Assembly (NCBI GenBank): GCA_963668625.2 | Contig: CAXXKA010000004.1 | Location: 1-64,000 of the forward strand | Direction of reading: 5' to 3' | Source of the DNA: an uncultured candidate division Zixibacteria bacterium | GTDB taxonomy: Bacteria > Zixibacteria > MSB-5A5 > UBA10806 > 4484-95 | DNA length: 64,000 nt | Shown here: positions 53,301 to 61,928 of the stretch, piece by piece | Position numbering within the stretch: position 1 is the stretch's first letter | How the letters are laid out: every line of letters starts with the position of its first letter | The notes under the pieces: generated by a model | What the model was told of the DNA's origin: nothing | Databases searched by the model: none | What the model saw: the letters and a program-made list of their open reading frames with translations, nothing else | Program-made: the position numbers and the translations under genes

Positions 53301-54055
53301 CATTCATCCAGATTTCCGTAGAGACAGAATTCCCCACTGATGTATATTTACTTGATGTACCAAGCTGTGATAGTATCGGAGCATATGCTATTATAGGTAT
53401 CACTCCCTGTGATCCTGGCACCATAACCGGTACACTGCCCGCAGGAACGTATGTCATATTCGTAGGAGCATCGGTAGGTGAGAACGTACTCTGTGATGGA
53501 ACCGGCCTGTATGGTTATGAGTATTATGTGACCTTGCAGTGCATGGAGCCGTGGCTGTCAGTAGATACTTACGACGGTGAATGTCCGCCGAATGCTACTG
53601 TCAATGTCCTCATGGATGCCACATATCTATCTGAGGGCACCTACTACGGCGATGTCGTATTCTACTCCAGCGATACTGCTACTCCTGAACTGGATATCCC
53701 GGTTGAGTTCGTGGTTGCCGCTGGCACCGGATACGAATATCTGCCTGGCGATGCCAACATGGCTGCCGGCGCCTGGCCGCCGAACGTAATCGGCGCTGAC
53801 GTGACCTACCTGGTCAACTATTTCCGCGCTATCGCTGCGCCGTGTCTGCTCGGTGGTTACTATGCCTCCGGTGACGCTAACGGTGATTGCTCGGTAATCG
53901 GTGCCGACGTTACTTATCTCGTCCAGTATTTCCGCGGCGCTAATACGATCAAGTATTGCGGCGATGATGCCGGCGAGGATGATTTCACACCTGCATGGCT
54001 TAATACTGGGGAACTACCTCCGAGTGCGCCTGCAGGTTGGCCAAACTGCGAATAG
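50384..54055 (+). CDS. Large Cys/Asp-rich secreted modular protein with C-terminal dockerin-like domain
   Basis: GGAGG RBS and signal peptide; repeated D.C..A/P...DV.Y...DD.C modules; two E.CG...N.GCN...ICG..WA....RDTDW modules; split Ig/BACON-like domain; paired GDAN repeats. Confidence 0.9.
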   Translation: MKKSTFVAVLCFVIFGTFSVWAGISTSNIADQSVAQLPAQSDLQAKIALYGNDSYQPLRLDTEVTGDDCSDPFVITAFPYQDTQDNTGFADDYNYNSSLSGPDVVYEFTLTECKDVTISLCNSPDNTMDLAVALYGPSDCGGTAIGFDDDACVAPDFGTPELAARLEAGTYHFIIDAYDGFLGTYVVDVTVEDCPAPPAYDECTDVTPSDSVLAIGSSLNYVGDNTGATAEGNCDSLSTESSWIGFSTTELSDVKIEFCGTDPVRQGYYRVLSAYCPCDGNNFYFASDENYTDCADENPTLYFSRLPAGDWWFPVIAGPTLEGPYDITVTASTPGGYCDYTCDGGATPEGEVCGDDDNGGCNSEPPAFGSISCGEHICGELWADGTSRDTDWFAFTPATDTFITWSAAGSMPIALILIDYTVGCDTSETEYLGGGGAAECDTISLTAFVEAGHNIACFISTDDIYSGYPCEDGPFYYEAWLTCEVFEAPENDNCVDAIEIGEVTEYAWTNLGATTDNNGTCGTDLQADVWYRYTPSCTGAATLDLCLPENAGFDTYVGVFTDDCVDHECIVFSDDDCGEGGGPSQASWDVVAGEPVLLCLGGWAGTMGEGLFTVSCSPPATIDVQPTSVSGAAAPGGVDMEALTVSNTGDGTLYWEIITYQDFPTMTSNSNGAPIGERYSIDNDLLSAEKNFSLVEKEASAEKKEVNENNLVKGLRADQTGDFPEPPSITDYCEILTTGDAYYTGGNWFSGSEMYAVYQNPEVCGYSPTYPFTVTSLSWALAKDDTSAATAEYVYYQPVIFGADLTNPSCPVPDTSVLLYAGALDSVFFEPGDYLWIGNNISAVVNGPYFMAVIFPYTHNFIRLPLEQTNTGTCLSYNEYGSGWIDLGENAFNLNLANYWRTDGLTPTVCDVECPAGGIAEAEICGDENNNGCNMDPATFETINCNTTICGTGWATGGFRDTDWYEFTLTAPTFIQISVETEFPTDVYLLDVPSCDSIGAYAIIGITPCDPGTITGTLPAGTYVIFVGASVGENVLCDGTGLYGYEYYVTLQCMEPWLSVDTYDGECPPNATVNVLMDATYLSEGTYYGDVVFYSSDTATPELDIPVEFVVAAGTGYEYLPGDANMAAGAWPPNVIGADVTYLVNYFRAIAAPCLLGGYYASGDANGDCSVIGADVTYLVQYFRGANTIKYCGDDAGEDDFTPAWLNTGELPPSAPAGWPNCE

Positions 54056-54103
54056 TAGTTTGATTTTCAGATACGATTTTATTTGATGAAATCGTAGCAA
54101 TAT

Positions 54104-54132
54104 TAAGGGAGCCTTAACCGGCTCCCTTTTTT
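54104..54132 (+). terminator. Intrinsic terminator
   Basis: aagggagcc-ttaacc-ggctccctttttt. Confidence 0.85.
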
Positions 54133-54309
54133 GATATCATCCCATTACCATTGCGGGCCCGCCTCGGGATACGCGATATACTGAACCTGCCTACTTTTTG
54201 AGAATGCTTCGCCTCTAACGTACACACCGGGTAAACCGCTGGTTTTAAGGCCAAATAAAAAGGAGCCGTGAACGACTCCCTTTCTTATCCATAACTATTA
54301 ATAGTATTT

Positions 54310-56496
54310 TTATTTGATTTCTTTAAGTCGCCTGTATGTACCAATTGCAGATCCAAGAATCATCAAAGATATTCCAAACCAAACGAAATTGATTAACGGC
54401 CGACGGGCAACATTGAGAATGAATAACTCCGAAGGTTTGAATTCATCGGCAGTCTCAGCCCTGGTTATTCCGAGCATGATCATCTCGTCATCCGCGTTCA
54501 ATTTAAGCAGATAACAATTCCAGTCCGAGCCGGGCAGCAACGCCGGTTTAAGCTCGGGCACCTGTGATTCGGGCACGATATATTCGGGCTTGATTCGCGA
54601 TTTAGAACCACCCGGCAGTGTGACATTCATAACCGCTCCGATTACCATTTCATTATTCTGCTCATGCGAGGAAGCCTTGAATCCATCGAATGATATCCGG
54701 TACCCCTCGAATTCCTCGACCTGGCCTCTCGATAAGATGAATGTCGTACTGGAATCCCCCGTAGAGATTGTTTTAACCTCCTCCGGTGAAATATAAAGGT
54801 CGTACAGAAGATATTTCTTGATATATGGATTTCTTACCAGTCCCTGATGGCTCCAGACGAAAACAGGATTGGCCATGAAACTCGTATTACCTTTTTCGAT
54901 TTTCAGATTAGCCTGTTCCCTGGTATCCGAGATAGGTGTAACGCCGGTGTAAGTCATCGTGAAATTCAGTATCTCGGCCGGTTTGTCAAGCTCCAGGGTC
55001 GTTTTCACCTCGGTGGGATACCCCGATGAAGCTACCACTCCAATAAACATTATCCCCAAACCGACATGTATCAAATCGGAATGGATAATGAAATATCCCT
55101 TGCTTCTGATACGGTTCACCAGTGACACCAGGTTGGCGGCAAAAGCGAAAGCGGAGGTGAATATGAAAAAAATATGCGCGATATCGGTTATACCCATTAT
55201 AATAGCTATCAGCGTTATCACCATGGCTGCAATTATCGGCAATGGTAGTTTCCGAAACAATTCATGGCGGGAGGAGCTTCCCCAGGAAAGCACACCAGTC
55301 AAACCCAGCACTATGCCAATCAATATTCCGATAGGCAAATTCGTTTTCACGTAATACGATATATCAACCGATGAGGCGTCCCCGAATAACCGAGTAAGAA
55401 TCGGCGAGGACGTGCCCAGCAGGACCAGGAATGCCGAGAGTATGATAAATAGCATACCCAGGTAAACTGAGAATTCGAGTGTGAATATCGATTTTCCGGA
55501 CGTGTTCGATTCGATATGTCGCCCTCTGAAAATAAGCATACCATAGGAGATCACCGAGAAACCAACCAGGAACAGCACCAGGTAACCGGTCATTCCGAGA
55601 TCGACGAACGAGTGCACGGAGAAATCTGCCAGCACCCCGGAACGTGTTAAAAAAGTCCCGTAAATTACCATCAGGAAAGTAGTTATTGCCAGGAACAGAT
55701 TGGTTTTTCTGAACGTGCCTTTATGACGTTCCAGTATCATCCCATGAACCAGCGCGATCGAGCCGAGCCAGGGCACCAGCGAGGCGTTCTCCACCGGATC
55801 CCAACCCCAGTATCCGCCCCAACCGAGCGTCTCGTAAGCCCAGTAACCGCCCAGGAATATCCCCAGGCCGAGCGTGCATACGGAGAAAATCGCCCAGGGA
55901 AACGCTAGCCTCATCCAGCGATCGTATTTGTTTCCGGCCAGCGCCGCCATCGCGAACGCGAATGGCACGAATGTCGAGGCGTACCCCAGAAATACTACAG
56001 GAGGATGTATCTGCATCCAGTAGTTTTGTAAAAGCGGATTAAGACCGTTGCCATCGGGAGGTATAACATGGTTAAGCCTGAACGGTGAGGATATATTCAT
56101 CAAAGCGAATAAAAACAGCACCGACACCAGGTAGAAAAACATAACCCAGCCGAGTTGCTCTTTAGCTTTTACCCGCACCCATAAACCGAGTAGCACGCCG
56201 AACAACGCCCAGAGCAGGAATGATCCCTCCTGCCCGGCCCAGAATGAGGTCACTTTAAAATTAGTCGCCAGGTCGTGCGAGGAGTAACCCGATACGTAGG
56301 CAAACTCGAATCTGTCACCTAAAAACAATGTTAGAAGGTTTACCGAGGCGGCTACAACCAGCCCGACGCCCAGGTAGAAAAACCATCTCGAGGTCACCAT
56401 ATAAGCCTGGTTGCCGCGAGCTACAAAAAAATAACCGATTGCGGAGATGAAAATCGCAATCGTTGCTAAGGCCAGAACATAAGATCCGAAGATCAT
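54310..56496 (-). CDS. ccmF: Cytochrome c maturation heme lyase CcmF
   Basis: WAGQEGS, GLNPLLQ, IHPP, WAYETLGWGGYWGWDPVENAS, SVHSF. Confidence 0.95.
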   Translation of the reverse strand: MIFGSYVLALATIAIFISAIGYFFVARGNQAYMVTSRWFFYLGVGLVVAASVNLLTLFLGDRFEFAYVSGYSSHDLATNFKVTSFWAGQEGSFLLWALFGVLLGLWVRVKAKEQLGWVMFFYLVSVLFLFALMNISSPFRLNHVIPPDGNGLNPLLQNYWMQIHPPVVFLGYASTFVPFAFAMAALAGNKYDRWMRLAFPWAIFSVCTLGLGIFLGGYWAYETLGWGGYWGWDPVENASLVPWLGSIALVHGMILERHKGTFRKTNLFLAITTFLMVIYGTFLTRSGVLADFSVHSFVDLGMTGYLVLFLVGFSVISYGMLIFRGRHIESNTSGKSIFTLEFSVYLGMLFIILSAFLVLLGTSSPILTRLFGDASSVDISYYVKTNLPIGILIGIVLGLTGVLSWGSSSRHELFRKLPLPIIAAMVITLIAIIMGITDIAHIFFIFTSAFAFAANLVSLVNRIRSKGYFIIHSDLIHVGLGIMFIGVVASSGYPTEVKTTLELDKPAEILNFTMTYTGVTPISDTREQANLKIEKGNTSFMANPVFVWSHQGLVRNPYIKKYLLYDLYISPEEVKTISTGDSSTTFILSRGQVEEFEGYRISFDGFKASSHEQNNEMVIGAVMNVTLPGGSKSRIKPEYIVPESQVPELKPALLPGSDWNCYLLKLNADDEMIMLGITRAETADEFKPSELFILNVARRPLINFVWFGISLMILGSAIGTYRRLKEIK

Positions 56497-56906
56497 CAAA
56501 TACTCTCCCCGGTTGCTTCTATGTGCTTCTCGTAATCCTGTCCCTGATATTTGGAGGGACATTTTACCAGAAGATTACTTGCCTCGAAAATGTTATCATG
56601 ATACTTACCGATACAAACGACCGACACGGCCTGCTCGAAATTGCCGGGTTTGGTACCTGCATAATCGACTTTCATGCGGTCGCCCGTTTCGATGTCGATA
56701 ATATCGAATGAAAATACACCGGTGCTCTCGTCGTAGTAAGCGCTATTCTTATCAACCTTACCCATAACCTGAACATTTTTATCCATCGTGCGAGCCTCGT
56801 TGAAACCGACATACGGCGTAGCGGTACCCACCAATGAATAAATTCCCAGGGCTGCGAAAACGACGATCACCGCCACGGCGATAATCGTGCGAGTTGATTT
56901 AGGCAT
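56496..56906 (-). CDS. ccmE: Heme chaperone CcmE, CxxxY variant
   Basis: N-terminal TM, OB-fold, VKCPSKY. Confidence 0.9.
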   Translation of the reverse strand: MPKSTRTIIAVAVIVVFAALGIYSLVGTATPYVGFNEARTMDKNVQVMGKVDKNSAYYDESTGVFSFDIIDIETGDRMKVDYAGTKPGNFEQAVSVVCIGKYHDNIFEASNLLVKCPSKYQGQDYEKHIEATGESI

Positions 56907-57006
56907 TTTTCTCCAGTTCCTTAACTTTGCGGTCCAACCTGTAGATATATCCCCATAACACAAGCCAGATAACCAGCGTTACTATCATCGGTATATAAGT
57001 AGTCAT
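56899..57006 (-). CDS. ccmD: CcmD small membrane protein (absent from the ORF track)
   Basis: MTTYIPMIVTLVIWLVLWGYIYRLDRKVKELEKNA, between ccmC and ccmE and overlapping both. Confidence 0.85.
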   Translation of the reverse strand: MTTYIPMIVTLVIWLVLWGYIYRLDRKVKELEKNA

Positions 57007-57653
57007 CTTGTTTTCTCCTCTTCAATTACCCCCACACGAACCGTGATATGATATGTCCAGAAATACAATCCTATGAAAGCCAGCAGTGACGGCCCGAATA
57101 CCATCCAGGTGGTTGAGGACATCGTAATGACAGTGCCCGCGCCACCGGGTGAACCCGGATGAAGACCGGGTGTGATTCGCGGCCAGATGAAGATCGTGAA
57201 TATAGCCGCCAGGAATCCCAGAATAGAATATACCGAGGCCAGGTTGGCTTTACGTACCCGGTCGGGTATAGCCGAGCGAAGCGAGAAATATGCCAGGTAT
57301 ACCAGAAGAAGAACCACTATTGAGGTCTCTCTCGGATCCCAGTTCCAGAACGATCCCCAGGTCATCTTGGCGAATACCGATCCGCTGAGTGTTGCCAGCG
57401 CGCAGAAAACAGTACCCAACAACGCCGCCGAGGATGATTTCATGTCGTAGATAAGCTTTTTTGTTTTTAGATACAGCAATCCCTGGTACATTGCCACCCC
57501 GTAGGCGATGAATGTCACCAGGGCGATGGGTACGTGGAAATAAAATATGCGGTACACCTCGGGACTGGAGACAGCGCTCATCGGTGGTTCCAATATCCAG
57601 GCGCCGATAATTACCCAGCTAAACAGTAAAAGTATCACAGTTTTATACATCAT
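57003..57653 (-). CDS. ccmC: Heme exporter CcmC
   Basis: IFYFHVP, WGSFWNWDPRE, LHP. Confidence 0.93.
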   Translation of the reverse strand: MMYKTVILLLFSWVIIGAWILEPPMSAVSSPEVYRIFYFHVPIALVTFIAYGVAMYQGLLYLKTKKLIYDMKSSSAALLGTVFCALATLSGSVFAKMTWGSFWNWDPRETSIVVLLLVYLAYFSLRSAIPDRVRKANLASVYSILGFLAAIFTIFIWPRITPGLHPGSPGGAGTVITMSSTTWMVFGPSLLAFIGLYFWTYHITVRVGVIEEEKTR

Positions 57654-57701
57654 TTTGACTGTAACCCCATATTATGTCTTATAGTTCCAGATATTATCAT
57701 A

Positions 57702-58388
57702 TCATTCGTTCCAGACATATTCGAATAAAAGCGCCCCCGCTACCGTCATCACGATAGCGTACGAACCGAGTACTTTCAACTCGGGCAGACCATCGTAAAA
57801 TGACATGTTCATCACCAGGGCTTTCTCGGTGCCTTTTATCGCCATTATCAATAGCGGCATTAGAAGAGGAAAAGAGAGCACGGCAAACAGCACGCCTTTT
57901 ATAGAGGCTTTCGATATTATGGCGGCGATAATCGTAGTGCTACCGGCAAATCCCAGGACGCTCGTGATCATTATCGTAATGAACAAAGCGTAATCATGAA
58001 TTTGGAGTCCGACGAATAATGCAAACAACAGCACTATAATGATGACCAGGAACACCAACAGTATCAGGTTAAACAGGTACTTGCCTCCGAATACCGCTCC
58101 CGGCGTGCCATAAATTCGCAATGCCAGGGCGGTGCGGTTTTGCTCCTCCTTGATAAATATCTGGCTCAACGAGGCAACCGCCGCGAAATATATAGCCAAC
58201 CAGAGTATGATCGCCTGTATGCTCGAATCAAGCGGAATACCACCGGTGGCGAAACTGATAGCGACTACGGTAACTACGGCAAACATCACTATGGCGTTAA
58301 CGGCGTAACGCGTGCGCAGTTCGCTTTTGATATCCTTGGCCAGTACGGCCAGTATTTTACTTGCCAAGCTCGATTGTTTCATCGGCAT
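57702..58388 (-). CDS. ccmB: Heme exporter permease CcmB
   Basis: KD...ELR, 6 TM segments, L.FPL..PL; context. Confidence 0.9.
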   Translation of the reverse strand: MPMKQSSLASKILAVLAKDIKSELRTRYAVNAIVMFAVVTVVAISFATGGIPLDSSIQAIILWLAIYFAAVASLSQIFIKEEQNRTALALRIYGTPGAVFGGKYLFNLILLVFLVIIIVLLFALFVGLQIHDYALFITIMITSVLGFAGSTTIIAAIISKASIKGVLFAVLSFPLLMPLLIMAIKGTEKALVMNMSFYDGLPELKVLGSYAIVMTVAGALLFEYVWNE

Positions 58389-58959
58389 ATTTTAGCTCAT
58401 CACTCTCGTTAGTGGCGATAATCGTTATACCATCATGCTTGCCGATTACCTGATCGACTAAAGTTTTTCCCGCCTCATCGAGATTGGCCGAGGGCTCATC
58501 CAGAATGAGAAGCGGAGGTTCTTTCATGATTGCCAATACGTATTTCAAGCGTTGTTTCATACCGGAGGAATACGATCCAACCTGATCATCCCCCCTGCTT
58601 TCGAGATCGAAACGTGACAGCATTCCATCGAAATTACGAATCGATAAGCCGGATAATTTCGCAAAAAATGCAAGATTCTCGTTGGCTGTCAGTTCATCAT
58701 ATAAATACAGATCAGGAGATACCAGACCGATATACGGCAATATTTCAGAGCCGGTATAAGATTTGCCGTCAAGCTCGAACGTTACCGTGCCGGCGGTGGG
58801 AGCCAGCGATGAACTTATAACATTGAGCAGCGTGGTTTTACCCGAGCCGTTGGGGCCGGTAATCACCAGTTTGACGCCTTTTTCGATTTCCAGGCTGATA
58901 TCGTTAAAAACATCCCGACCGGGGAATCGGCGGGAGAGTTTATTTAAAATCAATCGCAT
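58357..58959 (-). CDS. ccmA: Heme exporter ATPase CcmA
   Basis: GPNGSGKTT, YSSGMKQR, LDEP; context. Confidence 0.88.
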   Translation of the reverse strand: MRLILNKLSRRFPGRDVFNDISLEIEKGVKLVITGPNGSGKTTLLNVISSSLAPTAGTVTFELDGKSYTGSEILPYIGLVSPDLYLYDELTANENLAFFAKLSGLSIRNFDGMLSRFDLESRGDDQVGSYSSGMKQRLKYVLAIMKEPPLLILDEPSANLDEAGKTLVDQVIGKHDGITIIATNESDELKYADETIELGK

Positions 58960-59085
58960 ATCGGGATTATATTACTATGAAAGGGGCAATTAGGAAAGTT
59001 TTTTATTCAGGGAGATTGAATACATTCAATGGGCGATTATCCAAATTGCTAATAATTGCGAGTATATGAAGCGGTCGAATTTCCG

Positions 59086-60540
59086 AAAGTAACTATGTTA
59101 TCAAAAGCTTGAGCCTCAGTCATTCGGATTGTATTGTTATTTTGACAAACATTCAACAATCAACACGAACAAACAGGAGGCTCAAATGCCATGTTACAAC
59201 AAAATCGAGCGTGAAGCCAACACTATTTACGTTGGTATTGACGTTCATAAGCGGAGTTGGCATGTAACAATGCGAACAACTGAGCAAGAGTTATGGAAAG
59301 GCAGTATTGCAGCTGATTGGGAAGTATTGAAAAAAGTATTGGGGCGTTATTCCGATTGTGACATTTCGGTAGTTTACGAAGCCGGTTTTAGTGGTTTCTG
59401 GTTATATGACAAACTGGTAGCCTGGGGAGCGTCATGTATAGTGACTCCGCCGAGTTTGATTCCTTCTGAATACGGCAATCGGGTCAAAACTGATCGCCTC
59501 GACAGTGCCAAGCTTGCTTTACTACTTTCCCGTAGTATGCTCAAGGCAGTATGGGTACCTGATGTCGAAGCGCGTGGTCATCGCCAGGTATTGCGTCGCC
59601 GTCGCCAGTTGGTCAGCGACCGGGTCCGTATTCAATGCCGTATCAAGAGTGAGTTAGCCTGTTTCGGTCTATCTCTGCCGACAATTAGCGGCAAGTGGAC
59701 GGAGACATTCGAACAGCATTTATGGCAGTTGCGTTTTAGTGATCGCTGGCAGACAGAGAGTTTTCAGAGGTTACTGACACAGTATCGGCTGGTGAGTGAA
59801 TTGATTACTCAACAGACACGGTTATTGAAAGAATTGTCAAAACTGGATCGTTATCGGGAAGCGGTTGAGCGTCTACGTAGTGTTCCGGGCATCGGCTTGT
59901 TAACGGCGATGGAACTATTATTGGAGTTAGGGGACTTCAGCCGATTTAGTCGAGGAAGCCAATTGGCCGCCTACGTGGGCTTGACTCCAAGCCAATATTC
60001 CTCCGGTGACAAGGTTCGACTAGGACGAATCACCAGGATCGGCAAACCGCAGTTACGGTCGAATCTGATCGAAGCCTCCTGGATTTTGATCAGGAAGGAT
60101 CCGGCCCAGGCTCAGCGTTATCAACAGCTCAAGTGGCGGTGTGGTTCCAAACGAGCCATTGTGGCCAGTGCCCGCCGTCTACTGTTAATCGTACGGCGTC
60201 TGATGCTTGACCATCAGAGCTATCGAATCCAAACCGCAGCATAAAAAAGAGATAATTAGTTTACAATATCTGAGTTTGGAGAATGGCGAAGGAATCCTTG
60301 TGGCTTAACAACAGACCGCGCAGGAAAGGGTGTCATCTCCCCTGGTAATAATCTCGGATTGATTAATTGTGGCTGTGTTTGAGGGCCAGACCACGAATAG
60401 CAGGGTGACTATTATCGGCAATGTCTAACAGTGGCAGCATGTTGTAGTTTAAACATGGGTATTCTGCGTTTTATTAAGAAAAGGAGAAATCGATATAACA
60501 ATACTAACCGAACAATATCACTTGACATGATACATAGCAG
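59086..60540 (+). mobile_element. IS110-family (IS1111-like) element B (ends approximate)
   Basis: Subterminal imperfect inverted repeat ctatgttatca (59093..59103) / tgatacatag (60528..60537); outward-facing TTGACA at 60522; long downstream non-coding region. Confidence 0.8.
59186..60244 (+). CDS. IS110-family transposase/recombinase
   Basis: YVGIDVHK, YEAG, KTDRLDS, SVPGIG, GLTPSQYSSG, GRITRIG; AGGAGG RBS. Confidence 0.95.
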   Translation: MPCYNKIEREANTIYVGIDVHKRSWHVTMRTTEQELWKGSIAADWEVLKKVLGRYSDCDISVVYEAGFSGFWLYDKLVAWGASCIVTPPSLIPSEYGNRVKTDRLDSAKLALLLSRSMLKAVWVPDVEARGHRQVLRRRRQLVSDRVRIQCRIKSELACFGLSLPTISGKWTETFEQHLWQLRFSDRWQTESFQRLLTQYRLVSELITQQTRLLKELSKLDRYREAVERLRSVPGIGLLTAMELLLELGDFSRFSRGSQLAAYVGLTPSQYSSGDKVRLGRITRIGKPQLRSNLIEASWILIRKDPAQAQRYQQLKWRCGSKRAIVASARRLLLIVRRLMLDHQSYRIQTAA

Positions 60541-60691
60541 GATTCCTGCCATGAAAACCGGTAAGTTATTACAACCAAATAGACCGATTGCTTCGTCCCT
60601 CCAGTCCTCGCAATGCCAATCTCTTTACTATTTCCGCTGGTCGAACTCTCTGCCTGCGTTATATAGTATGGCATTCTGTGAAACAAGACGA

Positions 60692-60718
60692 CGTTACGAA
60701 GCGGCGCTTCGTAACGAG
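60692..60718 (-). repeat. Single REP of the RAYT-associated family
   Basis: Minus strand CTCGTTACGAAGCGCCGCTTCGTAACG, just downstream of lepB. Confidence 0.85.
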
Positions 60719-60740
60719 GTGTTAATTATTGCGAGAATCA

Positions 60741-61472
60741 TCACACTATCGGCTGGGCTAGCCTGCTCCACCTCACCCGGGCCGGGAAGTGCCAGATATT
60801 GTACCCAATCCAATCTATGACAGAGAAAAATCCGCCTATTTTCGGCGAATTATTATCAACCGCCCATGACCAGTGAATCATTAGCGCGCGGCCCATTACC
60901 AGGCGTTTGTCGAGTAATCCCCAGAAACGTGAGTCGGCCGAGTTATCGCGGTTATCCCCCATCATGAACATCATGCCCTCCGGGACTTTAAGAGGCGGCA
61001 TATTATCCCTTGAACCGCCGCGCACACCGGCATGATACGGTATCATGCGGTTATCGGCATATTTGCCGTGAGACGGTAATGGAACCAGCTCGCCATCTAC
61101 ATAAACCTTCTTGTTTACTATCTCTACCGTTTGACCGCCAACCGCTATACATCTTTTAATATAGTTTACTCGTTGATTGAGCGGGTATTTGAATATTACG
61201 ATATCACCCGGCTTGGGATCTTGAAGAGCCGGGAGCTTTATGTTGACGAACGGAATCGGCAATTTCATTCCATAGATGAATTTGTTGGCAAGTAAAAAAT
61301 CTCCTACCAGCAAAGTATCCTCCATCGAGCCGGAGGGAATTTTGTACGCCTCGACAATCGAGGTTTTTATGATAAGCGCCATGATAAGCGCGATTGCCAG
61401 CGATTCAATAGTCTCCCATGAGGATTCCATCGGGGTTTTCTTTTCGCCTTTGGGCTTAAAAAATATTGACAT
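60741..61472 (-). CDS. lepB: Signal peptidase I
   Basis: IPSGSMEDTL, YIKRC, MGDNRDNSADSRFWG. Confidence 0.95.
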   Translation of the reverse strand: MSIFFKPKGEKKTPMESSWETIESLAIALIMALIIKTSIVEAYKIPSGSMEDTLLVGDFLLANKFIYGMKLPIPFVNIKLPALQDPKPGDIVIFKYPLNQRVNYIKRCIAVGGQTVEIVNKKVYVDGELVPLPSHGKYADNRMIPYHAGVRGGSRDNMPPLKVPEGMMFMMGDNRDNSADSRFWGLLDKRLVMGRALMIHWSWAVDNNSPKIGGFFSVIDWIGYNIWHFPARVRWSRLAQPIV

Positions 61473-61611
61473 TCAGGTCGGTCTCCTAATTATCCTAACA
61501 CTCTATAAACGCATAACGGGACTGGATGGTTCATCTGGCCCGCATTAAATGCCAATTTATCATATAGATATAGAAAAAGCAAAGGGCATCTTGATAAAAA
61601 TACATCTTCTT

Positions 61612-61708
61612 CTCGTTACAAAGCGTGCTTCATAACTTTGTTGATTGTGGCAAAGCAACACATATCTATCCGCGCAGACAAAGCACGAAAGCAGCGCTTT
61701 GTAACTTG
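61612..61708. repeat. Degenerate REP doublet
   Basis: ctcgttacaaagcgtgcttcataac...tgtggcaaag...gaaagcagcgctttgtaac. Confidence 0.65.
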
Positions 61709-61764
61709 GAATGATCTGATACGCCCACTGATACCAAATCAAGTTTGGGATGATAACCACTGTG

Positions 61765-61862
61765 TCATGATGCGCTGAATATAATAATTATATCGGTAAA
61801 TGCCTTTCACTAACAATTTCAAAGAGAAGTATAAAATTTACCGAAAAACACCGGACACTAGT
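61765..61862. repeat. ~100-bp AT-rich dispersed element, copy 2
   Basis: Matches 4922..5017; internal inverted repeat tcggtaaat/atttaccga. Confidence 0.75.
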
Positions 61863-61878
61863 TGAATATTATATGCAC

Positions 61879-61910
61879 AAAAAAACGCCCGGCAAAACCG
61901 GGCGCCCTTT
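61879..61910 (-). terminator. Intrinsic terminator after the upstream lepB
   Basis: A-tract followed by cgcccgg-caaaa-ccgggcg. Confidence 0.75.
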
Positions 61911-61928
61911 ATTGGTGAAGATAAAGGT

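Noticed and set aside
48965-54055. Diversity-generating retroelement template/variable repeat pair (similar 3' gene ends)
   Set aside because: Both copies are coding tails, the differences look largely synonymous rather than adenine-specific, and there is no reverse transcriptase in the window
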